DNA of 64,000 nt. Origin: Callorhinchus milii. Lineage: Eukaryota. Below are positions 1-10,970 of this stretch, in pieces; positions within the stretch are counted from its first letter, which is position 1, and each line of letters opens with the position of its first letter. Where the stretch lies: assembly GCF_018977255.1 (NCBI RefSeq), contig NW_024704742.1, positions 54,562,001 to 54,626,000 on the forward strand, written 5' to 3'. Position numbers and translations under genes: made by a program. The notes under the pieces are model-generated. The model did no database searches and had not been told where the DNA came from. It saw nothing but the letters and a program-made list of their open reading frames with translations.

Positions 1-308
1 ACTGAAATTCATTGATATTGCTCATATTACATAATAGACTGTAGAACAAAATTAATTGCACATTAAAACAATATTAACAATAAATCCAACTAGATTGGTT
101 TGTGATTGCAGCATTTGACAACAGCAAATAAAACTCAATATTTCACACCAGCTTTACACAAAGGAATTGCCTGAGGCTCTAGGAAGAACTGCTGAAGATG
201 TGAGTTAATGCAGTAGTCGTTTCTCTTTTCTGTTTTTTCTCGCTTTTGACATTTTTTCAGTCGCTGTTTCAGTGCTTTCACCTTTGTGGTTGCTGATGTA
301 AGCACATC

Positions 309-339
<31 letters not shown>
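309..339 (+). repeat. (ACTA)n microsatellite, about 7.75 units
   Basis: ACTAACTAACTA... read directly. Confidence 0.95.
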
Positions 340-774
340 CAGAATTCCGCTTGTCATTATGTCTACTTTGACACTACACTGAGACCCTACCATTAGTATT
401 CCATGATCTTCTTGTCATGTGACCCTGTGCTTTGCAGACTGTCTCTCACTCACTTGCCAACTCCTACCATTTTGCAGATCTGGAGTGAGGATGATAAAGC
501 AGGTGGGTTTTTGAGTATGGGATAATATTTTTAAAATTAAGAATAAAATGTTAGGCCTTTAACATGCAAAATAAACCATGGAATAATTTATACTGGTAAA
601 TTGCAAGCAATTGCCAATTTCTTGAAATAAACCAGATTTTGAGCTGAAGCGTTCATGATTTCTGTATGTTTTGGAACATAGCTATTAGATTGGGGAAGAA
701 CACCCCACAAGGACATGTGACGAGTTGGTTCAAATGGCATCAAAAGAAAAAATTGTGTATTTCTGATGTGCTGT

Positions 775-1010
775 TCTTTTGTTTTGGGGTCAGCCAGATA
801 TATGACACACGTGCTGAAGAGCATCCATATCAAACTACTATATACGCATTGAAATTTCCATTTGTTTGGATTGGAATGCTCACTTTCTCCACAGAGAGAT
901 ACAGTCTAATCCCAGAAAGTACCAGGTGCAACTTGGCAAGAGTTGAGGCTTGTGAACCCCTGAGGTTCATGCGGGTAGAGGTAGAGTGCTCCGATAAAAA
1001 CTCAAACTAA
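775..1010 (-). mobile_element. Diverged 3' fragment of the RTEX-like LINE family (copy 1 of 5)
   Basis: TTGGAATGCTCACTTTCTCC...CCAGAAAGTACCAGGTGCAACTTGGCAAGAG aligns by eye with 3280-3400 and 51880-51970. Confidence 0.5.
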
Positions 1011-1814
1011 ATCAATTCAGCATAGAGGGAGAGTTTTGTGATGTACTATTGAATTTGTTCCACTTAAAAATTGGGACAAGAGCAAAGCTTATTTGGTTAT
1101 GGAATTTGTTGAGCAGAAACTATCACATTCTTTTGTTGTGCATGGAGATGAGCTACAATACAGTAGTGCGATCACCAGAGCTCTGTAAACTGAATGAGCT
1201 CAAACTGACTGGATAAACAGTTGAAATCAAGTCTCTTGTACAATGCGGGGTCACCCTTAAGTCCAGGATGCTTTCTTCATAGATGGGCACAATCACTACA
1301 TGAAAAATGTCCCCTTTAGTTTCCTTGCTTCAGAACTATGCCACTGATGGCAAAGAGAATTCATTTTCTATTTATTTCCCTGGTCAGTGCCAACTGAGCC
1401 CCCAAGCTACTAATGGCATTTTTAAGGTTTCACTTTGATATCTAGCAGTTTTGGTTGACAGACAAAAGCTTTTTCTTAAACCTTGCTGGGATTGTACTCT
1501 CTTTCACTCAGATTCATGTGCGATGACGTGTTAGCAGAAAAATGACACAATACTAAACACACAAGACAGTTCTTGGTCAATCAATATAATTGTTGGATCG
1601 GTGGGTGGGTGATGTGATAATTAGCACTAATTAAATTGAACTTCAGCACAACAGTTAGATTTCAAGCCATTTCCAATATTCCGCTTGTCTCTGTTTTTAG
1701 CAATCAGAAAACATAGCGCTATCGATCTTCATAGTCAAGGCAACAAGTCTGATGCCTCGGGTGGATCAGTAAAAAGAAAAATGTGTATATTTCATTTCTC
1801 TTTGGTAATATATA

Positions 1815-1940
1815 AGGCAGAAAGGAATAGAGGGTTATGGAGAGGGGATTGGGAGAAGTGGAACCTCATGTAAGATGTAAACACTGGCATGGACTAGTTG
1901 GGTTTCCGTTCTGCAATATTCCATGTTCCAGTATTCCATA
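1815..1940 (+). mobile_element. CR1 LINE 3' tail remnant
   Basis: AGGGTTATGGAGAG...ACACTGGCATGGACTAGTTGGG...TTCCATG repeats; same layout as the tail of the 44862-45842 copy. Confidence 0.55.
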
Positions 1941-2074
1941 TCTCATATCAACCCCAGAATGAAATAATGTATCGCTTTTAACTCTGTATAGGGAGGTGGC
2001 AAAGTCAATTGATGATATGTTTGCGATCTATGTGCTACACACCTACAATGTGTTGAAAGATGTTTTGCCCAACC

Positions 2075-2160
2075 CCTCTCCAGATAAATTGGTCATTCAA
2101 TTCACGGCTGTTTGTGGGACATTGTTATGCGCAAAATCATGACAGCATTTGCCTACATGA
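2075..2160 (+). mobile_element. DeuSINE-type core fragment
   Basis: TTGGTCATTCAATTCACGGCTGTTTGTGGGACATTG matches the shared SINE core. Confidence 0.6.
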
Positions 2161-2629
2161 GCACAAACATTAGACTTGATAGCAATTACCGGTAATTTGA
2201 CACGTTTTGATATTACAGAAGCTACAACAAGGAAGTATTCAAGTTTATTTTCAGGCTCTGCAGAAGTGGTGTGCATAGAGATGGTATTGTGTCGGAGTGC
2301 TGCAAGATTCTTTGCTAATGTCACAGATACATCGGACTAACAGCTTACTAGAGCCATTATTGATTGGTGGAAAGCAGAAATCCAGCCTGCAAAGTCAAGC
2401 CAATGCATGACATTTCACTGATGATTACAAAATGGAAACGCAGCATCTGTGGCCAAAACACACTGACTGAAAGCTTCAATTTCTGGCCCAGTCATTAATT
2501 CTAAAGGGATGATTTTTACAGCTGTCACTTCACCAGTGCATTTACACGTCGAAGTTCACTGCAATTTTTACTTCAAGAGCTTCTGCAAATAATACCTATA
2601 AAAGGTTTAAAATTGTACTGTAAAAAAAA

Positions 2630-3165
2630 TGTGGACAATAGTTTCCTTTGGGAGAGGGATCCATTACAAGGGGATAGAGCCTTAAAATCAGGAAAAAAGA
2701 CAATTAGAACTGAGGTCAGGAAGTATTTCTTACACACAGGAGGTCAGCAGCATCCGCAACACTCCGCAACGTCACCCGGCTCTGCCACTGTCTCACACCG
2801 CACGCCACCAAAACCCTCATACACGCCTTCATTACATCGAGGCTCGACTACACAAACTCACTGTTTGGTCTCCTCAACTCCTCCCTCCACAGGCTGCAGA
2901 TCATCCAGAACTCTGCAGCCCGTGTCCCTCCCCCCTCCCCCATCCCGACCTTCAGCCCGAGTCCGAAACTCTGTCTGTCCAGTGCCTTGGGACTTCCTCC
3001 TGACATGAAAGGTGTTATATAAATGCAATTTGTTGTTGTTGTTGTTTGTGAAGATGTGAAATACTTTTCCCCTCATAAAAGTCAAAGGCAGAATAAGAGG
3101 CGTAAGAGAGACAGACAAATACTTGGGTAGAAGAGCTATTAAGGGGTATGGTATTAGGGTGGGGA
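2630..3165 (+). mobile_element. Old CR1 3' fragment split by an L2 insertion
   Basis: Reads ...KKTIRTEVRKYFLHT then resumes after the L2 with TTGTGAAGATGTGAAATA...ATTAAGGGGTATGG. Confidence 0.6.
2745..3045 (+). mobile_element. L2 LINE 3' fragment with internal deletion
   Basis: CTGCAGATCATCCAGAACTCTGCAGCCCG (LQIIQNSAAR), tail stem-loop and (TTG)n. Confidence 0.85.
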
Positions 3166-4468
3166 ATTATTTTGGGTCAGTCGGGTGTGGAAACCCATCA
3201 CTATCCATAAGAGTATCCAAACCAAACAGAAGGTTCCATGCATCCCACCTACACATGGAAGTTCCAGAAATGTTTATTGGGATGGAATACGCACTCTTTC
3301 CCTGGAGGGACACATCCTAATTCTGGAAAGTATTAGCGGGGGTTGCCTGGCTTGGGGACCCCTGAAGTGTGCGTTGGTGTACTCCTGGAGTCGAACCAGC
3401 TAAAACTGCATAGCTTGCCATTGAGAGTACTGTCTGGCAAGCTTCCCTGCTGCTTGTCGTACCCGTTAGGGCTTTGGCTTTCATGGTTAGTGGGAAGAGT
3501 CACTGCCCCAGTGACTGGTCTGACCCTCCAAATCCTGCCAATGAGCCAGCCTGGCTTTGCTATCATCAGCAGTGCCCTGGATACCGAGGATCTGCCTGGC
3601 TCAGGAACTGGACTACCAAGCCTACCACAGAGGGTTGGCTCAATCCTGACATTCGGTTACCATGTCACCTTGGAGCCAGTTCAGCACCAGGGAGACGCTG
3701 CTTATTATTTTTTTTTGGAAGGAATTGTTACCTCCAGAAAAGTGATTCACCAATCGACTACCACCAGGTTCCTACTTACTGCTAGGTAAACAGAGGCGTG
3801 TGGACTAAGGAAACTTGCTCAACGTTACGCCTTGCTGGGAATTGAACCCAGGTCTCTTTGCTTGCGAGGCAAGTGCTCTAACCACTGAGCTACAGGGCTT
3901 CACATGGTATGGATGGTAGCTTTCTGGTAGGCAACGCATCTCAGCATCAAATTTGTGAAAGCATTACCACCATCTTCCTGTCCGCAGCTCAGACACACAC
4001 ATCCCTTCCCATTGAGTGATGGTTCCACAAGTTAGAGGTTCAGTGATTAAGCAGCAGCTGCTTACCTCTCAGCAAACCAATCATTGTGGATTGTAGGTGC
4101 TGAATGTATGAACACGTGTTCATGAACTCGGACTCCAGGTAATGCCTTCCAGGAGCTGTCGCTCCAATTCTCAGAGTTTCCCATTAGCTATCCAGCAGAC
4201 ATCTGCCTTCAGAGTGGTGAGAGAGTCTTTACACGATAGCTTGTGACATGCCAGCTACCTTAAGGTTCTCGAGGTCCAAGTCCAATGCTACGTAACAGGT
4301 TTACTCAGCACCAGCTGCTCAATCCGGGTCCTCATGTGAGGGGCCTTGGTAATCAGTCGTGCCCACTGTGAGGTTGACTCCACCTGCAGGGGGCTAAACA
4401 ACAGGTCAGTGTAGGCTGGAACCTTCCCTCCAGGTGGTTTTGGAACCAATGAAGCCAGCTATGCCTGC
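3160..4468 (-). mobile_element. RTEX-like LINE 3' part (longest copy, 2 of 5), interrupted by a SINE
   Basis: Minus strand 3995-3918 reads CLSCGQEDGGNAFTNLMLRCVAYQKA (decayed CCHC knuckle); upstream PAYTDLLFSP..SQWARLITKAL; clear similarity to 51755-52520. Repeat status is clear; the clade is inferred. Confidence 0.6.
3702..3903 (-). mobile_element. tRNA-Ala-derived SINE, long form, 5' half only
   Basis: A box, anticodon arm and B box on the minus strand; ends at the internal A-rich linker. Confidence 0.9.
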
Positions 4469-4469
4469 A

Positions 4470-4578
4470 AAACGTAGTCACTGTTCTTTATAGTAAATCC
4501 TGTGAAGGGCTTTGAAACTTCCTCCCAACATGAAAGGTGCTGTATAAAATGTAAAGATTATTATTATGATTATTACTA
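4470..4578 (+). mobile_element. SINE 3' tail fragment
   Basis: GTGAAGGGCTTTG...TGAAAGGTGCT...(ATT)n. Confidence 0.7.
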
Positions 4579-4607
4579 CATTATTTAAGTCAATTTTCAC
4601 TTTAATG

Positions 4608-5165
4608 AAAACAACAACAAATTACACTTGTAAAGCGTCGTTCACATTGGGAGGACATCAGAGATTTGGACCCAAGCAGGGGGTTAGGATCAGGAGGGTG
4701 CAGGGCAATGAGGATAGGGGAGGAGGGTAACCGAAGGTGCGTTTGAAGAGGAGGGTCTTGAGACGTGCCTTGAAGGAGGCAAGAAAGGAATTGAGGTGAA
4801 GGGATGTGGGATGGAGTTCCAAAAGGTGGGGCAGAGAGGCTGAAGGCCCAATCGCTAATGGTGGGGCAAGCCAGGCAGGGGACGTGGAGCAGGCCACAGC
4901 CCGCTGAGTCGAGTGAGCGGACAGGTTGATATGGGATTAGCAGGTCACAGAAGTAGGGAGGGACAAGGCCGTGGAGGGTGTTGAAGGTGAGGACAATGAT
5001 TTTGAACTCTATCCTCTGGGGAATGGGGAGCCAGTGGAGCTGGGCGAGGATGGGGGTGATAGGGTCACGGTACCTGGTGCGAGAGAGGACACGAGCTGCA
5101 GAGTTCTGGATGATCTGCAGCTTGTGGAGGGAAGAGCTGGGAAGGTCAGTTAGGAAAGAATTGAG
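4608..5165 (-). mobile_element. L2 LINE 3' end, ORF2 C-terminal remnant
   Basis: ORF 4602-5300 contains KLQIIQNSAARVLSRT...LHWLPIPQRIEFKI; (TTG)n tail. Confidence 0.92.
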
Positions 5166-5244
5166 AAAACATTTTTTTTTATTTGCTTCCACCATCCAGG
5201 AAGGAAAAATAAGCAAGTGAAAGCTTTCAAAATTAGGGATAGAA

Positions 5245-5543
5245 AGCAACAACAGGATTGCATTTGTATAGCGCCTTTTCACGTTGGGAGGATGTCCCAA
5301 GACACTGGACAGAGTACAGCATTTCAGACCCTAGCTGGGGTTAGGGGGGTAAGGGAGGGGAGGAGAAGGGGGGTGGTCAATGGTATGGTCGAAGAGGAGG
5401 GTCTTGAGGCGGGACTTGAAGGAGGCTAAGGAGAGGACGAGGCAGAGTGATTGGGGAATGGAATTCCAGAGGTTGGTGTCAGAGTGGCTGAAGGCTCTCC
5501 CGCCAATGGTAGGGTGGGTGGGTTGTGGGACGTGGAGCAGGCC
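5245..5543 (-). mobile_element. L2 LINE 3' tail
   Basis: Reverse complement of the L2 3' UTR, stem-loop and (TTG)n. Confidence 0.88.
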
Positions 5544-6429
5544 ATTTATAAATATTTATAAAAATATATATTTATATATTTATAAAACATTTATAAAAAG
5601 CAAAACATTTAGGAGGTAAAACAGGATCATATTGTGATCACATTGTAGCACAATTCACTCCAGGTGCTATCATTATCCCAACTTTGTTCAATAGTCTGCA
5701 CCCAAACCACTTGCTGCACCCATTGAACCAGTCAGCAGCTTCTTTGAACCTGTTCCTGGATGGATTCCAACATTTCAGTCCCAGTTTAGGGAATGCTTGC
5801 TTAATGCAGCTCTGCTAATATATCACTCACTCCAGCTCCTCATTGGTGGCTGAATCATGGTCCATTAAGCCATGATGTTGTGGAATTCGACCAAAATCAT
5901 TTTCTATGCTAACTGTTACTATCCATTCAACACTCTTTGACTTCAACATATTCCCTATATATCCTCGATTGAATGGAATGCTTTATGATTTGCGAGGATC
6001 TATCTCATGATAAGATACAAAGTTTTAAGAAAAAAGTGAAAGGCGATTTTTGGTGGTCATCATGAAAAATGCTTAACCATGAAAGTTATTTATGAAGCAG
6101 TTTTATATTATGTTTCATATTATGGGTTTGAATCTGCTCAGAACATGAGGTTAATGGCTGGAAATGTAGCTACTGCCAACCCATTAACTTATTCCAACAA
6201 TGGAAATGGAATGCCTTTTTATCTGCAATGCAAATTTCATTACAAACAATATTTAAACAGAACTAACAATTGCTGAAAATGGGGAGATTTTCTGTGCCTG
6301 ATTAAAATGAATTTTTTCACTTGTTTGGATTTTAATGAAGTGATATTCAATGCAAAAATAATACTAGAAAGAAGAGCACACAAGCATCTAATAGTGCATT
6401 ATGCAAGAATAAAAAGAGTCTTTTTAGAT

Positions 6430-6551
6430 TCTTGCCCACAAAACACACAGTCATTACACTTTACAGTGTGTCCTGTGAAGCGCTTTGAGACATTTTGAAG
6501 ATGTACTAAGGTGCTATATCAAATGCAAAGATTATCATTAATATTATTATC
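6430..6551 (+). mobile_element. SINE 3' tail fragment
   Basis: CACTTTACAG...GTGAAGCGCTTTGAG...GCTATATCAAATGCAA. Confidence 0.85.
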
Positions 6552-6559
6552 AGGGAGCA

Positions 6560-6678
6560 ACAAATTGAGGTTTATATGTGAGGGGAATAAGAGTAGTTGG
6601 GGCTCAGGAACAGCAGCACAGATAAGTTGGACCAAATAGCATGTTTTTGTGCCATATCATTCTGTGTAACTCTATGAA
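6560..6678 (+). mobile_element. CR1 3' tail remnant
   Basis: AACAGCAGCACAGATAAGTTGGACCAAATAGC...TTCTGTGTAACTCTATG. Confidence 0.5.
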
Positions 6679-7344
6679 TAGATGGAATGCTTTTAAATGA
6701 CTCAGTTAAAATACTAGACACGGACTTGGGAAAAATCTGCCTTGACAATATTGAGTTTAATACACAGAACTTTCTTCCAATATCTGATTCTTAGCATTAA
6801 TTCATTTCACACAGTCAAAAGAATGAGCTTCAAAGTTCCCATTTCCCATTGACTGAGAGCAGGTCATTCTCCAGCGTCATCCTGTCAGCAGCTGAAGTAA
6901 ATTGGAAAACTGGAAAGGTCAACAATAGGGTTTTTTTTAATTAGGAGGTTTCATAAAAGACTAAAAGCTGGAGTGTTGCTGATAGATAACGCGTGCTGCC
7001 ATGAAATTAATTGTGAGGCATGGCAGCTCATAATTAAATGTAAAACTTAAAACGCACATAAGTTCTTGACTTCCATGTAATTTCAGCATGCTGTGTGGCA
7101 GCCTAACCCAGTGACAAAGGGTAGGCTGTTAACCATCTTTCCATTCCTGCTAATGGTTCCTTTCTGGTAAGCAGAAAATAAGTTGCCACTGTGCACTAAA
7201 AATATTAAAAATGAATCAGACTCGGCAGTAGTCACCGGAGGGTGTGCTATGTAATGAGGTTATTTTGTAGCTCACACACTTACTTTAAATTTACAGTTTT
7301 ACACTTTTCAAAGGTAAGCATCAAATTATCATGGATTGAGCGAT

Positions 7345-7700
7345 TGAGTGACCAAATTCCAATTAACCCGGAAAGCAATCTGACAATCAATTAACAACCA
7401 GGTTCCTACTTACTCTCTATTAGTCCTTAAAACGTTTCTCTTCCAACATCCCCCAGTTTTGACAAAGGGTCGTGGACCCGAAATGTTGATCCACTTTCCT
7501 TTCTCCATAGATGCTGCCTGATCTGCTGAGTATTCCTAGCGATCTCTGTTTTTGTTCCTACTTACTGCTAGGTAAACAGAGGCGTGTGTGTGTGTGTGTG
7601 TAGTAAGGAAACTTGCCCAACATTTCACCCTGCCCAGGAATCAAACCCAGGTCCTCTCACTTGCAAAGTGAGCGCACTAACCACTAAGCTACAGGATTCC
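7345..7700 (-). mobile_element. tRNA-Ala-derived SINE, long form, carrying a nested insertion and a (GT)n expansion
   Basis: Head at 7620-7700; body split at GTTCCTACTTACT. Confidence 0.85.
7415..7553 (+). mobile_element. Penelope-like element terminal fragment with decayed hammerhead motif
   Basis: 13-bp direct repeats GTTCCTACTTACT at 7402-7414 and 7554-7566; TTGACAA-A-GGGTC-GTG-GACCC-GAAA-TGTT; AGATGCTGCCTGATCTGCTGAGTATTCC end recalled as typical of chondrichthyan Penelope repeats. Confidence 0.8.
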
Positions 7701-7782
7701 TACCACTTAAAGACACATTTTAGAAAGTTGGAGCCTGGTGTGGCTGTATCACAGAAGGCACATCAAGCTGTTTAGTTAATAT

Positions 7783-7852
7783 GGGAGAGAGAGAGAGAGG
7801 GGGGGTGGAGAGAGAGGGACGCAGAGAGGGAGGAAGAAGAGAAAAGAGAGAG
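7783..7852 (+). repeat. GA-rich polypurine tract
   Basis: About 70 bp almost entirely G and A. Confidence 0.9.
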
Positions 7853-8689
7853 AGTTCCCCCTCGCTCACTTCCTCCCACACAGTAGGATTTCGAGAGCGT
7901 AGCAAACACGAAAAGACAGATTTGGAACATTTTAACAAATGTTCTAAAAAAGACAGATACGATGCAGAAAAAAACACTTGGAGAAAGAAACTAGAAATTA
8001 AAACCTTAAAGTACATCAGAACCTGATCTGGGCATGCTTGATGTTGACAGTGGGTGACTGAAATAGAAGAGTGTTCAATTTGACAGCACTATCCCTCACC
8101 TTGATAAGCATAGCATTCACTGGAATGAAAGATAGTATCCCTGACCCTTTGAAGGCAGCTCTCAACAATACGAAACGACCTTCAGAATACACATGCAGCA
8201 TTCCTTCAATGCGGAGGTGAATTGTTAAGAGCTCATAACTTTTTTATTTTAAAAAAATACAAAAAATTGGTTCATAAGGATTATTATTTATGCTTGATTT
8301 CTAACAAATAATTCAATAAAGAGTTGAAACATGTATTGTTTTCTGTACAGATTTGATAATTATTGAAGAGGTTAGAGAATGTGTTATGAAACATTGCATT
8401 TCAACCCATAAATTTCAGTCAAATTATTATGCACGGTAAGTTTCTTTGTAAAATAAATCCTAAACCTACGCTTCAGGACAGATGTATTTCTTTACAAAAG
8501 AGAGTCATCCCACTGGCAAATTGGTAACATCTGAAAGAATCCTAATCTTATAGTCCTTTCTGGAGTTCCAACAACCTTCATTAGGAAACAAGCTATACCA
8601 AGTTGATTTCCTGCAGTTTTTTCAATTGAGCTGACAGATTAGTGAGAGCAGCAAGCTGCGTGGGAGCAGAGGTTGGAAGCAACATTTTC

Positions 8690-9070
8690 ATTACAGAGTG
8701 CTAATACTGGGATAAAGTAAGGAATTCATTTTTAGTGATGCTTAATGCATTCCTTGTGTTATTTGACCCCAGTATCTCCAAGGTCCTACTTAGCAACGTA
8801 CACACCATTATAAAGTACACTGGTGTCCAGCATGTGCTGTCCATTAATGCAAGTCCTGTGTTTTTAGTGCATTTTAAATCTCAGTATACAAGCCATTTTT
8901 GAGTTGCTTTAGTTGGATACATGTCCAGATAATGAGCATAACTAGTGTTGTCTGGCAGCTTCACCAATCTAATTCTAACACCGGAAATAAGTATTGGAAA
9001 CCTGTATTTTCTTTCTCCAACTGAATACCATGTTGAACGTTTCAATGCTGCAATTCCAGATGTCAATCTC
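8690..9070 (-). mobile_element. Very old CR1 RT fragment
   Basis: Minus strand has TAAGTAGGACCTTGGAGATACTGGGG and AAGGAATGCATTAAG, a degraded CR1 ORF2 layout. Confidence 0.4.
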
Positions 9071-10702
9071 TAACACTAAGAAAGTTTCCAATGATGCCCT
9101 TTCCAGTGAGCATAATTTCATAGCACTTGGTAGACTGATAACTTTTGCCAAAATATTCCTGTGCTAAAACTGATTTTGTTGGGTCTAGATTTGCTCTATT
9201 TTCTTAGAATTTCAGAGCTTCCAGAACATGGTAACTTGTTGAATTCAGTCTCAAATTTGAAACTGTTTTCTGTAATTCTCAAAGGAAAACCAGCTGCAAA
9301 ATTATAACTGTATTTAAAAATTTACAAAATTCTGAAATGTTGAGAAAATTTAGACTATTATTTCTATTATTGTTTTAATTATCCTTCATTAACTTTAATT
9401 ATTATATGCTCATTAATCTTTCATTTATTTTCAGATATTTCAAATGTGTGGCCTTTCGGCCGTTTTATTTTCCTATTACTGCTTCCTATTTAATTGTCCG
9501 TAGACTTCTTACAGCTCCAGAGTCAGTCAGACGAGCGTTCAGATAATATTGTTGTCATTTAAAGTATTGATTGCATTAGAGAATGTATTTGTATAGTGTA
9601 TATACTTGATCTTTTAACTGTCTTAACTGGCAAGGTTTTCGATCAGTGTAATTATTTACTTTGAAGGGTCATTTGAATATACGATTTCCTTCATTTTTCT
9701 TCATGAACGATATTGCCAGAATTTACAAAGTAAAAACAAATCATACGTTACTCTGTTGCTCATATCCTTCAATCGATTTCTACACCAAATAGCAATCTAA
9801 TTCCCTATTGAGTTATCTGGCCATCTGCTTCCACCACACTTATTGTTCTTCATATTTATTTTCTAAACATTATTATGACTGAATGTCATCCTTTCCACAA
9901 AGTCTGGGGAGCCAGGCAAAATGGCTTTTACAATCTCGTTGGCTACCTGAAGGTATGGAGGCAATAGATAGGCAATCCAAGCTCCTTCCAAAAGTCTCTT
10001 GGCATTTATGAATAGGAAAGCTTTTTATGGTCCAGGTGGTGGAGATAGTAATAGGCACATTTTGCAACTTCCTTGGAGCCACAAATGATTTCTACTGGTC
10101 CTCTGAGGTCCTCTGAAATCCATGAGCTGTTCTTTGGGCCCAGTAGACTGACCAGATGATTCCTTGCGGGACTATGGTGTCAATCAACTGCACTTCACAT
10201 CCATGCCAAACCCACAGACTCCAGCTGAGGCATAGTACAATTATATACATAAGTGTAAATGAGTGGACATTTTGGACATTTGATGGGGGATTCGATATAA
10301 CCTTTGCAATGTTGGTAGCTGTGAGAGCTGTGTGTTTGTGTGTGTGGATGGGGGGAGTGGACATAGCAGTTGACCAAGTCGTCAGGTATAGGATTTTAGA
10401 AGGGTGAATGAGTGAGGGTGAGGTGTGAATGTGACTTAGGAAGAGGGTTCCAGAGAATGGGGATGAAGTGGCTGAAAGTTCACCCACCCATAATAGAACA
10501 ATGGGATTGGGAGATTGAGGTAATGGTTTTGACAAATCAAGACAAAGACAATTATATTTTTCAGCTTCACTTATTGTATATTTTGCATACATTTCAGTTC
10601 TCCCAAAGATATACAAATGAACACAGATAAAACAGAGTTTGACGGGGTGACCTTATGATGAATAGTTCTACAAGGAAATCAAGTTTGCGTAGAAATAAAT
10701 CA

Positions 10703-10970
10703 TAATAATGATAATCATTGCATTTGATATAGCACTTAATCACATGGTCAAAACATCTCAAAGCACTTCAAAGGATATACTGTAGAGTTTAGTGACTGTG
10801 TGTTTAATAGATAAACATGGCAACCAATTTGCAAACAGCAATGTTTCACAAACAGCCATGAAGTGAACAACCAATTTTATTTTGAGAATTGTTGGCCAGG
10901 ACACAGGGAGAAATTCCCTTCTCTTTTCAAATCCGTGGGATTTTTAAAGTCAATCTGAACAGACAGATGG
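10703..10970 (-). mobile_element. Old DeuSINE (SacSINE1-like) 3' two-thirds
   Basis: CACAAACAGCCATGAAGTGAA and GGCCAGGACAC core plus tail. Confidence 0.8.

Noticed and set aside
3343..3789. 148-aa plus-strand ORF resembling the ORFs at 52105-52377
   Set aside because: Similarity comes from the shared repeat; frames are not conserved between copies and the element's sense strand appears to be minus
4150..4185. Tyrosine-recombinase-like LRIGAT motif (DIRS/Crypton)
   Set aside because: No preceding His-Ser and no downstream catalytic motifs; fits a LINE ORF2 end better
4602..5300. 232-aa ORF
   Set aside because: Chimera of an L2 tail, spacer DNA and a frameshifted L2 ORF2 remnant
5545..5600. 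AT-only quasi-palindrome
   Set aside because: Low-complexity sequence; self-complementarity is expected by chance
9448..9465. GGCCGAAAGGCC as a hammerhead stem II
   Set aside because: No CUGANGA upstream or GAAA downstream; the same word occurs in a CR1 tail near 45799
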